A stretch of DNA of 61,579 nucleotides from a virus (Duplodnaviria > Heunggongvirae > Uroviricota > Caudoviricetes). The notes under the pieces were generated by a model. The model searched no databases and was not told the DNA's origin. It was given only the letters and a program-made list of their open reading frames with translations. The stretch spans positions 1-61,579 of IMG/VR virus record IMGVR_UViG_3300013426_000013. The stretch is one strand, 5' to 3'. Positions 9,554 through 20,169 of the stretch are shown here, one piece after another (positions within the stretch are counted from its first letter, which is position 1; every line of letters starts with the position of its first letter). The position numbers were made by a program, and so were the translations under genes.

Positions 9554-11245
9554 TCAATATGATCGGCTAGCCTTTGTATATTTATTTTTTACCCATTTTG
9601 GAATTTTGTATTCAAGTTTCCAAAACATTTCATCATTAACTTTCAAATAAGTATCTTTCAAATAAATTTTAGCATTTGTTGAAAGATTATTACCGTGATG
9701 TGTACCTAAAATTAATGACGTGTCTGGTGAAAAAACAGGCGATGAAGATTCGATCGTTAAATCTTCAATGAAATTTATTCCATCTTCAGAAATACTAACT
9801 TTATAGCTAGAACCATTGAACGCCAATTTTACCCAATAGTCTTTATTGGTTTCTAAAGATTTTGTTCCTGATGTTCCATATGCAATATCATAGTTTTGAC
9901 CATCTGAACTTAAGAAAACCCAAATTTGTGAACTATTATTGCACCCTAAAGCGATGCCTAAAGGTGTAGACGAATTACTAGCCAAAAATCTTGTCGATGT
10001 TGAGTAGCTATCTGAATTGACCTTAATTACAAATTCCCAATTTGTTGAATTTAAAGGTAATGTACAATCTAACGAGATGTAATTTTCAGATGAACCAAAA
10101 TTTGTAGCAATCAATTCATCCGAAATAGTTACTTTACCTTTTGTTGTATAATTTTTATATTGGCCACCTGCTGAAACAGTTTCTGAATATTCATATAGAT
10201 CATGTTCAGGAATTGCTATATCAGTTAAATAACGAACAGAGTAACCTGGTATTGTCAAATCATTCATATCTGTTAAGATTAAATGTTTTGTGAAAGTTGT
10301 TTCATTTTTTGCAAACCAACAACCTAAAGTTTTAGCCGACCCATCATCAACATAATTATAAATGTTCCCATACATTGATTGTTTGTTTTGTGTGCGTTTA
10401 GTATCCTTGTCAAAAAATACTACACCATTTGCTTCAATCAATGTTTTGTTGATGTTTATTGAACCTCGCAAGTAATTACTGTTATTGAAATCAGAACAAC
10501 CAAAGCAGTAAAATTTATTGCTAAAATAGTCTGTGGATAGCTCAAACTCTTTTGACCAATTACTTGTAAATTCAGGTAGTTGATTTAATTCGCTGAATTC
10601 ATCTGTTTGTTCAAGAAGATAAGCAACAAATTTATCATCTTCTTTATTCAATGCAAACCAATAAGTTTTACCTTCAACTAATTCGGTAGTGCCTTGAGTA
10701 TCACCAATACTTGAATCATAAAAAGTCATTTTACTGCCAACAATATCAAGGCCTGAATTTTGTTCAGGATATCTACCAAATATTAAAAATTGGACAGTTG
10801 AAACTTCTTTCATCGTAGCGTTAATAATCAATTTAAACGATGATAATTCAGGAAAGGCTTTTGTCAACTCACATTTGCTTGAACTACTTACATTTGTTAA
10901 GATGTTACCTTCAATTGAGCATTTAGATACGTTTAGGTCAAGAATCTTTTCCGGCACATTCCAATATTTATTTTCACTGAAATTTTTTAAAACTGTTGAG
11001 TTTTTATCAAGCTGATCATAGTCAGGTGTTTCAAATATAGAAGACTCAATAGAAACTGGAACGTCCGTATTGTGATTTATATTAATAAAATCATTTGATC
11101 CTAATTTGTATGGTTCCATGTTTGCATCAATTGTTTTTTCGCTATTTGCAATATATGACGCATTAAAATCATAATAACCTTTTGCATTTGCTTTAACAAC
11201 AAAAGGGTATCCTGAATAAACTTTTGCATTTTTTGAAGTAGACAT
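9554..11245 (-). CDS. Virion/tail protein with two ConA/LamG-like beta-sandwich repeats
   Basis: Internal duplication (GTTELVEGKTYWFAL / GTKSLETNKDYWVKLAFNGSSY); S/T/N-rich beta-strand pattern. Confidence 0.6.
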   Translation of the reverse strand: MSTSKNAKVYSGYPFVVKANAKGYYDFNASYIANSEKTIDANMEPYKLGSNDFININHNTDVPVSIESSIFETPDYDQLDKNSTVLKNFSENKYWNVPEKILDLNVSKCSIEGNILTNVSSSSKCELTKAFPELSSFKLIINATMKEVSTVQFLIFGRYPEQNSGLDIVGSKMTFYDSSIGDTQGTTELVEGKTYWFALNKEDDKFVAYLLEQTDEFSELNQLPEFTSNWSKEFELSTDYFSNKFYCFGCSDFNNSNYLRGSININKTLIEANGVVFFDKDTKRTQNKQSMYGNIYNYVDDGSAKTLGCWFAKNETTFTKHLILTDMNDLTIPGYSVRYLTDIAIPEHDLYEYSETVSAGGQYKNYTTKGKVTISDELIATNFGSSENYISLDCTLPLNSTNWEFVIKVNSDSYSTSTRFLASNSSTPLGIALGCNNSSQIWVFLSSDGQNYDIAYGTSGTKSLETNKDYWVKLAFNGSSYKVSISEDGINFIEDLTIESSSPVFSPDTSLILGTHHGNNLSTNAKIYLKDTYLKVNDEMFWKLEYKIPKWVKNKYTKASRSY

Positions 11246-11247
11246 GA

Positions 11248-11732
11248 TTACAAATCTCCATTGTCAATAGTTATATTTGCATTATTTGCATTAAAGTTGA
11301 TAGTTACATCAACATGTTCAATTTCTAATGTTGATATTTTGCCTAATTCATTTGGTAAAATATCTTGCATTGCTATACCTTGAAAAGCATAACTATTAAG
11401 ATTTGAACTGTCACTTCCGACGATTTCCAATGATACTTGTGTTAATTGGTGTATTAATAACAAACCGCCATCTGTATTTGTTTTTTCATCATAATTTAAA
11501 GAGCCAGTATAGTTTGATAAAAGACATGCTGTACTCATATCAGCTGAAAATGTAACTGGTGTAAAATAAGAATATTGCCAGTTTTTACATACTTCAGGTA
11601 AGTGTAAAATTACTTTTCGCCAAATAGGCGTATTGTTTTCATCCAAACCATAATATTTTAAAATCCAACCATATTTTAAACCATTACCTTCAGCAAAACT
11701 ACTTCCTGAACTACATGTAAATCAACACTCAT
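11248..11732 (-). CDS. Hypothetical protein (probable true start ATG 11732 with a 1-nt frameshift near 11718)
   Basis: The track ORF frame stays open upstream (TCSSGSSFAEGNGLKYGWILKYYGLDEN) and joins ATG AGT GTT GAT if one base is added. Confidence 0.55.
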
Positions 11733-12262
11733 GAAATTCACTTTCAATTAATTTTAGAAAATTAAATAGTTTTGTTTCGTAAATGAAAATCATTTATTTG
11801 TTTAAAGAACAAACTTTATAATAATTTTAAACGATTTTAATGTGATGTTTATGTTTTAAAATTTGATATCTTGTGATTGTTTTTATTTGATGTAGAACAT
11901 AGTTCTCGATGATTCCAACATTGTCATGTTATAAAATTATAGCGTTTAAATAGCTTTCTAAACTATATCTACAAAATTAAGCAAAGTTTGAGTATGATTT
12001 GTAGATTTTGAGTTTCGATACGTGGACTATATTATATTTAACCTATGTCAACAAACAAGCTAATATATAATAGATATTAATATTTTCGTCTAATTTGTCT
12101 ACAATATAAAATACAAATATTTGTCAAGAAGTGTATATAATAAAATAAATTTGTTTTTGTTGACATGGTCTGAATTTGATATAGTTTTTAAATGTCTTGA
12201 CAGTTTGACGTGTTTTTGATAAGGTTTAAATAATCTAAATTGTAACTATTTGAGAGTGACAA

Positions 12263-13306
12263 ATGACATATTTAACTGAAGCGGAAAGGCTTGAACGTAA
12301 GAGATTGGCATCAAAACGTTATCGTTCAAAAGAAGAAGTAAAGCTGAAAAAAAAATTTTTGTGCATACAATAGAAAAAGAAAAAAAGAAGGAGAATCTAT
12401 TTTAACATTCGAAGAGTATAAAGAATGGAGAAAGAAAAAGCACGCCCCTAAAGGTTCACTATATGCAAAATATAAAAGTTTTATAAAATCACGAAAAAAG
12501 AGGGGAAAGGAACTTTTAAGTTTTGAAGAATATTGTAAATTGCTTGCTACACGAAATTCAGAAAAAAGTTTATCTGATGAAGAAAAACGTCTATTGAGAA
12601 ATCAAAAGGCAAAAGACTATTACCATAATAATGAAGAATCACGTAAAAAGAAATTAGCAAGATGTAAAGAATACAAAAAAGAAACACCTGAAGCACAAAA
12701 AGAATATGCAAGACGATCGTATGAAAATTATAAAAAGAAAGTTTATGAAATGTCAGAATATGATCGTGCACAACATTTAAACAAAAGACGTGAAAGTTAT
12801 AAAAATTGGGTGAAGAACTTGTCTGAAGAGGAACGTGAAGAATTTAGAGAAAAGTGTCGTTTAAATAAAAGACAATGGCTTGCAAAAATGCCACCGGAAA
12901 AAAGTCTGAATTTTACAAGAAGAAAAATGTTAGGAAAAAAGAATACTTAAAACAGCATCCAGAAAAATGTTATAAATATCTTGTTAAAGTTCGTGAGAAA
13001 AACTGTAGTTCAAAAATAGATGGTTTAGAAGATTACTTGCAGAAGCTGAAAGATAAATCAGATAAAACTGGACATTACAATGATGATTTAAGTTTTTTGA
13101 ATGAAAAACATCCATTAACAAAAAATTTGATATCGATTGAAGAATTTAAACGAAGAGCTTTTATAATGCAAAAGTTGCGATGTGTGATAAAAAGTTTGGG
13201 ATTGTCTACTGAAATTTTGATGAACTATAAAAAAGGTGTTTATACAATGCAACAACTAAAGACCTTTTTAGATATGTACAATAATAAAAATTGGAAAAAC
13301 AAATGA
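12263..13306 (+). pseudogene. Basic helical-repeat protein split by two homopolymer frameshifts (or sequencing errors)
   Basis: MTYLTEAERLERKR... shifts at A9T5 (12347-12360) into the 12540 frame, then at A6 (~12898-12903) into the 12875 frame; repeated LTFEEY/LSFEEY. Confidence 0.6.
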
Positions 13307-13623
13307 ACGAAAATGAAATAAAATATTTTGTAAAAGAAAATATTAGTAAATTTAAAAAGTTTTCTAATGGAAGTCCTTACGATGGTGAAACTGTTTCATA
13401 TAATTTAGGAAACAGTTTTGTTGTAACATGTGAAGAATATTTTGACAAAGCATCATATCAATTAAGATTTAACAATAGGATTTCGGAAGATTCTTTAGCA
13501 AAAATCATTTTTGAATACGTTGAGAAACTTTATAAAGAAACTGTTGAAAAGCCTGATAAAGATTCAAATTGGCAGTGGCGTTTAGCACAAGCAACAAATG
13601 CAACTTTACAAAATAAGTGGTAA
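13303..13623 (+). CDS. Hypothetical protein
   Basis: ORF coupled to the upstream stop (ATGA overlap). Confidence 0.7.
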   Translation: MNENEIKYFVKENISKFKKFSNGSPYDGETVSYNLGNSFVVTCEEYFDKASYQLRFNNRISEDSLAKIIFEYVEKLYKETVEKPDKDSNWQWRLAQATNATLQNKW

Positions 13624-13626
13624 TTC

Positions 13627-14121
13627 ATGAAATACAAATGTGTGGGTTTTGAAAGACTTGCCTTTAGCGGTTTTGATTTGTTTATAGATGATTACAATGA
13701 TAGTGATAATTTGTTTGCATCAGGGTGTATCATATTCTATAAAAAAGAGGATCTATTTCATTTTGTTTTGTTAGATAGGTTAGGGATTTGTATTAATGCC
13801 ACAATAATACAATATATTTTAAAAGATATTGTTGAAAAAAATACTTTAGATATTAAAAATTTATACATATATGGTTTCAATAAAGAAGAAGATAGATATC
13901 TTACAAATGAATGTGTAGATATTGAACCTTTTTATATATTATACGAAAGGTTGTCTGATGGAAACAACATTTATTGTGATTGCGAAAAGTTTTGCATAGG
14001 TTTAGAAAGAAATCAATCATTAATTTTTAATAGTGCAAAAAGTATTTATGAGTTTATAAGAAAAAATAATTTAAAGCATAACATTATTAAAGTTGACAGA
14101 TTGTTTAAATTGAAAGTATGA
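13627..14121 (+). CDS. Hypothetical protein
   Basis: 164 aa ORF in operon. Confidence 0.7.
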   Translation: MKYKCVGFERLAFSGFDLFIDDYNDSDNLFASGCIIFYKKEDLFHFVLLDRLGICINATIIQYILKDIVEKNTLDIKNLYIYGFNKEEDRYLTNECVDIEPFYILYERLSDGNNIYCDCEKFCIGLERNQSLIFNSAKSIYEFIRKNNLKHNIIKVDRLFKLKV

Positions 14122-15227
14122 AAATGTTATTAGAAGAGTATATAAAGCAAACATTGTGTAAGTTGTTGTTTGTAGAAGATTGGAATAGCTTTATAAAACG
14201 ATTTCCTTCTTTATCTGAAGATAATTTAAAAAATATATTATCACAATCAGATCCATCCTATCGAGAAGAAAAACAAGGTGTTTGCTCGGAATCAATTTTA
14301 AGGAATTTCACAAAAGGCAATATTACAAAAAACGATTTGTCTAGGATTAGAGATTGTGTATATTTTGCAAGAGCATTCGATAAAGAGAATTATTTAATAA
14401 AGTCAAAAACATTACAAGATTATATAAATAATGCACAAGATATTTGTAAAAGCATTCCTATCATCGATAATATTGATGATACTAGAGTTAAAATAACACC
14501 TGCATTCAACGATAAATATAAAAAATTAAAACAAAGAGAAACCTCACAGTATTTAAGACTTCGAGATGTTGCAAAAGTATTAAACAACAAAGCTGCTATT
14601 GTTTATGAGACAAGCAGGTATTTAATATTAAAAATTGAAAAATTTGAGACAGAAAAGTTATTTAACCACACTTCGTGGTGTATCAAAAAAGAAGATGTGT
14701 GGAAAGCACACACTTTAAATAAATTTCCTGTTTATACGATATTTGATAAAACAAATTATGATAGTTTTCAATTCGCACCATTTTCATTAAGTTTTGCTGA
14801 ATTTGATAATCATTTGATTGATGATGCAGATTACTGTAATTTTAATGAAATTAAAAGTTTTATTTCGAATGTTTTAATTGAACAAAAGAATAAAAAACAT
14901 TCATTTTCCATGAACGGAAGTTGTTCCCAAATCATTTTAAAATATTTTATGAACAGTAATTTATATCAATATATAGATTATGAAGAGATAAAACAGTGTG
15001 TTTCAAATAAAGCTTTAAAAGGTAAATTGATAGTTTCATACATTTATCTTTCTGGAAATGCCTATGATGCTTTAACTTTGATAAAAGATACAAATTATGA
15101 AGCTTTGGAAACTTTACCTGAACATATGTTTAATGTAATAAAACAAGCTTTACAAAATAAACAATTGTTGATAGATTATGGATTGGCTGATTTAGATATT
15201 AATAAAATATACGATCATGTCAAATAG
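14118..15227 (+). CDS. Hypothetical protein
   Basis: 369 aa ORF with ATGA overlap; contains a TSWCIK segment. Confidence 0.72.
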   Translation: MKMLLEEYIKQTLCKLLFVEDWNSFIKRFPSLSEDNLKNILSQSDPSYREEKQGVCSESILRNFTKGNITKNDLSRIRDCVYFARAFDKENYLIKSKTLQDYINNAQDICKSIPIIDNIDDTRVKITPAFNDKYKKLKQRETSQYLRLRDVAKVLNNKAAIVYETSRYLILKIEKFETEKLFNHTSWCIKKEDVWKAHTLNKFPVYTIFDKTNYDSFQFAPFSLSFAEFDNHLIDDADYCNFNEIKSFISNVLIEQKNKKHSFSMNGSCSQIILKYFMNSNLYQYIDYEEIKQCVSNKALKGKLIVSYIYLSGNAYDALTLIKDTNYEALETLPEHMFNVIKQALQNKQLLIDYGLADLDINKIYDHVK

Positions 15228-15234
15228 GTGATTC

Positions 15235-15789
15235 ATGAAATTTGCTAATTTAAATTATTTAGGTGCAACATACTTAACTGAAGATAAAATAGAAAGAGTT
15301 TATTTTTATAAAGTATGTGAAACATTAATGCCAATATCGTTAAACTTCATCGATTTCATGAAGATCTTTTATATCGATTCCAAATGTGACATTAACACTT
15401 GTCTTTCAAATATTTATTGTTTTGATTTGAATGATATAGAAAGTAACAATATTCATGTAAGCAATGAGATTTATATGAATAAAAGTTTTGTGAATTATTC
15501 ACGACCTGTTGAAAACGTTTGTTTCTTTTATTATAAAAAGAAACGTTATTTACAAATGCAAAACATTCTATCTTGGCAAAAGTCAGATGAGTTTAAGATA
15601 ACAATTTCATCAGTTAGAAAAGTAAATCAATTTGAAGATATCTACCTAATTGCTGTTGTTGGTCAATTTAAACACTATATCAGTGTGAATTCAATTGAGT
15701 ATAATAAAAATGTGTACGGTTTGCCAGAATATTGTATATTAAAAAATCTAAAGTACAATAATATTCTAAAGAAATATGTTGAAGCTTGA
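15235..15789 (+). CDS. Hypothetical protein
   Basis: 184 aa, AGGTGA RBS. Confidence 0.7.
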   Translation: MKFANLNYLGATYLTEDKIERVYFYKVCETLMPISLNFIDFMKIFYIDSKCDINTCLSNIYCFDLNDIESNNIHVSNEIYMNKSFVNYSRPVENVCFFYYKKKRYLQMQNILSWQKSDEFKITISSVRKVNQFEDIYLIAVVGQFKHYISVNSIEYNKNVYGLPEYCILKNLKYNNILKKYVEA

Positions 15790-15842
15790 CAATTGTTGTT
15801 TTTTGATTTAATATATCAACATAAGTTAATGAGGACTTCTAA

Positions 15843-16190
15843 ATGCTACACCTGTTCAAAAAACTTCTTTCAAATAAACCTATTTATATAAAAAAGAAAA
15901 AGAATACAATTATATATTCCGTCAATCATAAGTTCATCACAAATGACTGGTTGTCTTTTCATATTTTAGGCCTAAAGAAAATAAACAACTATAAAGTTGT
16001 TGCCGTTATCAGAAACATGCTATCTTGTGATATCTATGAAGTTGACGTCTATGAACTAAATATGTTTTATCAAAAGTTTGATAAATTTAACCTTTTGTTT
16101 AAAGGTCAGTTGGATATCTATAGTAAGAAATTGCATGATAGAAAAATCCCAATGATCGAATATAAAAATTATGAAACCATCTTTGTGTAA
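15843..16190 (+). CDS. Hypothetical protein
   Basis: GAGGA RBS; TTGACA upstream at ~15786. Confidence 0.7.
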   Translation: MLHLFKKLLSNKPIYIKKKKNTIIYSVNHKFITNDWLSFHILGLKKINNYKVVAVIRNMLSCDIYEVDVYELNMFYQKFDKFNLLFKGQLDIYSKKLHDRKIPMIEYKNYETIFV

Positions 16191-16202
16191 AAGGAAAACG
16201 AA

Positions 16203-16424
16203 ATGTCTGAAGAAAATATCAACGATTTCTTTGTAAAATATATTAATGAAAGTAAATCGAATCAAAATACTACATTTCCACAAAATGTAGGTAATACTAT
16301 AATTTGTCCTAAATGTCATCATGATACTGGAATCCCTATGTTGTCAGGTGAAGTGGTCTATGCAGATAAACGTTGCCCGTTTTGCGGAGAAATTATCGTG
16401 CATTCTATGAATATTATGTGTTGA
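16203..16424 (+). CDS. Small zinc-ribbon protein
   Basis: CPKC...CPFCG. Confidence 0.7.
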   Translation: MSEENINDFFVKYINESKSNQNTTFPQNVGNTIICPKCHHDTGIPMLSGEVVYADKRCPFCGEIIVHSMNIMC

Positions 16425-16431
16425 GGTTTTA

Positions 16432-16818
16432 ATGAAGTATAGCTATTTAGCATGTACAAACGTAAACGATTGTATAAATAAGTTTACTTTTTTAAAAACA
16501 TCAAAAAAGATTAATAGCAAAGCTATTGTAAAAACAGTCAATGAGTTTATGAATCTATGTGCATTAGAGTTACAACAGAATAATGTAATTGCAATTCATG
16601 GTTATTACACTAAAAAGTCACATGTTACTTTTCACCCAATAGATAATACAAAAATTTATTCTGAAAGACCTATGACAGTTATGGTTGGTTGGAAAACTTT
16701 GCGTGATAAATTCAAAAGAATATTTGGTAAAGATGTAGAAATATCCCATAAAAAACATTGTTTATATATCATTGTTCAAAATACTAATATTGGAAGTAGT
16801 TTATTAAAAGACATTTAA
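16432..16818 (+). CDS. Hypothetical protein with C-terminal GxxxLxxI motif
   Basis: Ends NIGSSLLKDI*. Confidence 0.75.
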   Translation: MKYSYLACTNVNDCINKFTFLKTSKKINSKAIVKTVNEFMNLCALELQQNNVIAIHGYYTKKSHVTFHPIDNTKIYSERPMTVMVGWKTLRDKFKRIFGKDVEISHKKHCLYIIVQNTNIGSSLLKDI

Positions 16819-16835
16819 ATAGCGTTGAGGTTTTA

Positions 16836-17042
16836 ATGAATTGGAAAGATGCTAAAGACCTATTTATGGTGGCACTTATTGTGTTGGTTGCAAGTTGTTT
16901 TACATCTCAGTGCGCTTACGAACTTGGTAAAGATTATGCTAAAACTGAAGTTGCCAAAGAACTGTGCTCAAAAACTGAATACGATTTCTGTGTAAAAGTC
17001 CCACAGAGATCTATATATACTCTTAAAAATGATATTGACTAA
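16836..17042 (+). CDS. Small membrane-anchored protein
   Basis: Hydrophobic LFMVALIVLVASCF; GAGG RBS. Confidence 0.65.
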   Translation: MNWKDAKDLFMVALIVLVASCFTSQCAYELGKDYAKTEVAKELCSKTEYDFCVKVPQRSIYTLKNDID

Positions 17043-17263
17043 ATGAAAGAAAACAAACAATATGCTACAAAACCATGAAGAATTAAAAGAAGACTTCGAT
17101 GAAGTTCCTGTAAATGAAAATCAAAATTGTTATCCAGATGAAGATTGTTTGGAAATCTTAAAGAAATATGAAGGTTGAATGTCGTGTAAATATAACTTCT
17201 TAATTTAAAATGGTTGTTTAAAAATAATAATCTTTTGTTTTGTGTAATAAAATATGAATCAAA

Positions 17264-17299
17264 AAAAGACCTCTGTTCCTAATAGTTCAGAGGTCTTTG
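17264..17299. terminator. Intrinsic terminator-like hairpin
   Basis: AAAGACCTCTG/CAGAGGTCTTT inverted repeat at the end of the operon. Confidence 0.65.
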
Positions 17300-18601
17300 T
17301 CGTAATTGTGTAAATTTCTGTGTATTGTTGTATTTTTATGTATGGAAATGTGTAATGTTGCATATTAATCCTATTCCTGATATATAATATTGTTTAGTTG
17401 TTTTTTCTGAATTAAGCTATCTTGTGTCATTATTTATTAGTATTTTAATTTATTAAATTGTTTTATCCTTTGTTTATATGACATGTGAAAAGATGATCAA
17501 TATAGAAGATATGTGTATGTTATATGATGGTGTCGGTGTATTAGTTGTAATGTTGTATGATGTAATGTAATCTAATGTAATGTGGTATTAAAGAAATGAG
17601 AAAAGTGTTAAGGTCTGCGAAAGTTTGTAATGATATAACTGAAACAATAAAAGTTTTTGTATTGTTATAAAAAGAATAATTGTGGTGTGACTGTTCGTTG
17701 AAAGATTTATTTAGGTGAAAATAGATAATAGTTCATATGAACTAAACTATCTTGAATTGATAATCGTTTGGTTAGACGGTTTGTTGTGAATGTAAGATAT
17801 ATATATAATGAAAATATAGTTCATGCCTAGATAAAAAAGGTTTAGTCACTCATAAGAAGTTGGTTATATAATGAAAAATAAGTACATAGGTGTTACAAAA
17901 ATATCAGAAGTAAAATTTAAACTGTTGATAAATGTTTTTGCAAAGAATTCACAACATTACAAATAGTAGAATTATTATATATAAATCGCAATATAGCCAA
18001 TCTGTGGATAAACAAAATAAGAGACAGTATGTTTTTGTTGGTAGAATAATAAAAATACATATTGTGTTCAAATAAATGAAACATACCTTGCAAAATCAAT
18101 AGAACCCCTTTTATAAATACCTTTCCCTATATGAAGAAATTATTGTTTTCTGTATATTCAATGAACACAAAAAAGCGTATGCTTTAACCATTGATAAATC
18201 TAGTAAAATTAAGACTCTTCCGATAATTAGAGATTGTTGTGCTAAAATGCAGCCATCTTTACAATTGACACAGCGTTATATAATGGTTTAACAAAATTAA
18301 AATGATAACAGCACCCAGTTAATCTCATTTAAAAAAGTTCCCAAAACAATATGATGCTATGCGCTTTACCTCTAATAAATTTGAAGGTTCTGGAAGTTGA
18401 ATGAAAGCTAGTTTATGTAAATTTAAAGATGTCAATTGAGATAGTTTACACCATATATCACTGTACCTGTGTCTGTGCCTGTGTCTGTTTGGGGATTTAT
18501 CATATACGTGATGATACTTATCTGTTATTATTAGCTTGTTTTAGAACGAATATTCTTTAATCATTTAGATATGCTACCAAAATACGAGGTATTGTGCGTG
18601 T

Positions 18602-18629
18602 TGTGGATTGTGGATTGTGGATTGTGGAC
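18602..18629 (+). repeat. 7-bp tandem repeat (TGTGGAT) x ~4
   Basis: TGTGGATTGTGGATTGTGGATTGTGGAC. Confidence 0.85.
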
Positions 18630-18714
18630 TAAAGTTATGGTAATGCATGAAAAAGGAGAATTGTGAAGAGTATAGTGTATTGTTTCTCTACCGCTTTTTC
18701 AGGTATATATAAGG

Positions 18715-18931
18715 TATCGAAAGGGAATAGAGCAATAGGAAACGGCAAGCGGGGCGCAAGTCCTGATATACCGAAAGCCTTAATTATCATATAGCAATAT
18801 ATGACATATCAGGGTAATCAGTATAAAGGCTTGTTAAGTAGTGGAAACATAAAAACCCGCTTGCCGTCAAAATTCCTTGTTGACAACTGTTTATCTTTTT
18901 GATAATATATAATTATCGAAAGGGAATAGAG
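18715..18931 (+). repeat. 18-bp direct repeat TATCGAAAGGGAATAGAG (18715-18732 and 18914-18931)
   Basis: Two exact copies, each preceded by ATATATAA-NN. Confidence 0.9.
18880..18908 (+). promoter_or_regulatory. Strong sigma70-like promoter at the head of the early region
   Basis: TTGACA(18880)-N17-TAATAT(18903) with an extended -10 TG. Confidence 0.7.
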
Positions 18932-19710
18932 GAAAGCAAGGGATTTAAGGTATCAGTCAATAGATACCTACCATAATAGATAAAGCTTTTATTAAGCATT
19001 GTTTAACGTATAGGACAGTGTTTAATAAAAGCTTTATTTGTTAAGGTATAGTATCCGATACTTGATAAGCTATTAAGCTGTTATATTGCTTGTTAATAAA
19101 GAGTGGTATAACAGGTTAATGACCTTTAATCAGTTATCATAAAGCGGTATAGCGAAGTGATGACAAAAAGGATTAAGGGGCTATCGGGTTCACGTGTGAA
19201 AAAGAAAGCACGGCGGAACTATACACAGAATAAATAAAGTGAATATAGGTCGTTTCGATTTTGTTGAGTTTAGAAACGACTAAATTCCTTAATCTTAAAA
19301 TCAATTAAGGTTAAGGTTTCTTCATACTGTACTAAACAAAATACAGTATGAAAAGCATTAAGGCGTTTTTATAGTTAAATAGAAATGCCTTGATAGATAA
19401 TAACTCAACAGGTTGAAAAACCTTTAATGAAAATAGATGCATTTAGAAATAATTGCTTCTGTCGTTAAAGGTGAAAAAGCAGTTCGATGAACCGATTGAC
19501 AAAAAGTTTCACGACTGCGAAAAGTCCTATCAGAATGATTTGGATTTGTCCAGTTCTGATTTGGTTTTGAACTCACTCCTGCTTTAAAGGTATGTGTGAA
19601 GTAGGCTGTGGAACAAAACTAAATAGAATTAGATTACTCTAAATCATTTTGATATTTTTAAGAACAAAATGGAATAAACTAAAATAGAATGAAATGGTTT
19701 ATTCCAGATT
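18914..19710 (+). ncRNA. Putative large structured ncRNA or 5' leader (~800 nt)
   Basis: No track ORF; more than 12 consecutive hairpins with many G-U pairs that favour the + strand, e.g. 18974-19043 (~30 bp) and 19071-19120. Confidence 0.6.
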
Positions 19711-19724
19711 AAGGAGAATGAAAG

Positions 19725-19910
19725 ATGTTTAAGAAAATTTTAAACTTTATGAACGACGATATGGTATTTTACTATGACCGGTCGTACCCTATTGAAAAGG
19801 GGTACACTGAAAACGAGAAAGTTTTGTGCACCAAATGGCGTGCACGTCGTCGTTTAGTTGCTGACTGGTGGCGTCTCTGCTATCGTCAGGGATTGTCAAA
19901 ATACTTCTGA
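19725..19910 (+). CDS. Small hypothetical protein, first gene of the early region
   Basis: AAGGAG RBS. Confidence 0.7.
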   Translation: MFKKILNFMNDDMVFYYDRSYPIEKGYTENEKVLCTKWRARRRLVADWWRLCYRQGLSKYF

Positions 19911-19929
19911 CACAAAAAGGAGGGGTGAA

Positions 19930-20169
19930 ATGATTTACGGGTTTCTCTTGATTGCCGTAGTGTTATTCACTACGGCATACGTTTGTTTCTGTATGGTGAA
20001 TGAATTCATTCAAAAACCGTACAGAAAGGAAAATTCTGAACGAGTCTTGATGAAAAAGGATTTTGTTCAGGGAAGAAAACAAATTCGTCCGGAATTGGTA
20101 GCATTGGCAAAAAAGCTGTCAATTGAAGATGAAATTGTAGATAACTACTATAAAAGGAGTATAAAATGA
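19930..20169 (+). CDS. Small membrane protein
   Basis: MIYGFLLIAVVLFTTAYVCF TM segment; GGAGG RBS. Confidence 0.7.
   Translation: MIYGFLLIAVVLFTTAYVCFCMVNEFIQKPYRKENSERVLMKKDFVQGRKQIRPELVALAKKLSIEDEIVDNYYKRSIK

Noticed and set aside
12890..12910. Programmed -1 ribosomal frameshift at GAAAAAAG
   Set aside because: The run is not phased as X XXY YYZ, no clear downstream stimulator is visible, and similar breaks elsewhere suggest indels.
18760..18835. Hammerhead ribozyme (CTGA...GAAA)
   Set aside because: The core reads CTGATAT, not CTGANGA, and stem II is missing.
17180..19720. CRISPR array that might partner the TnpB/Cas12-like ORF
   Set aside because: Only two copies of an 18-mer 199 bp apart and a 7-bp tandem repeat; no regular repeat-spacer pattern here or beside tnpB.
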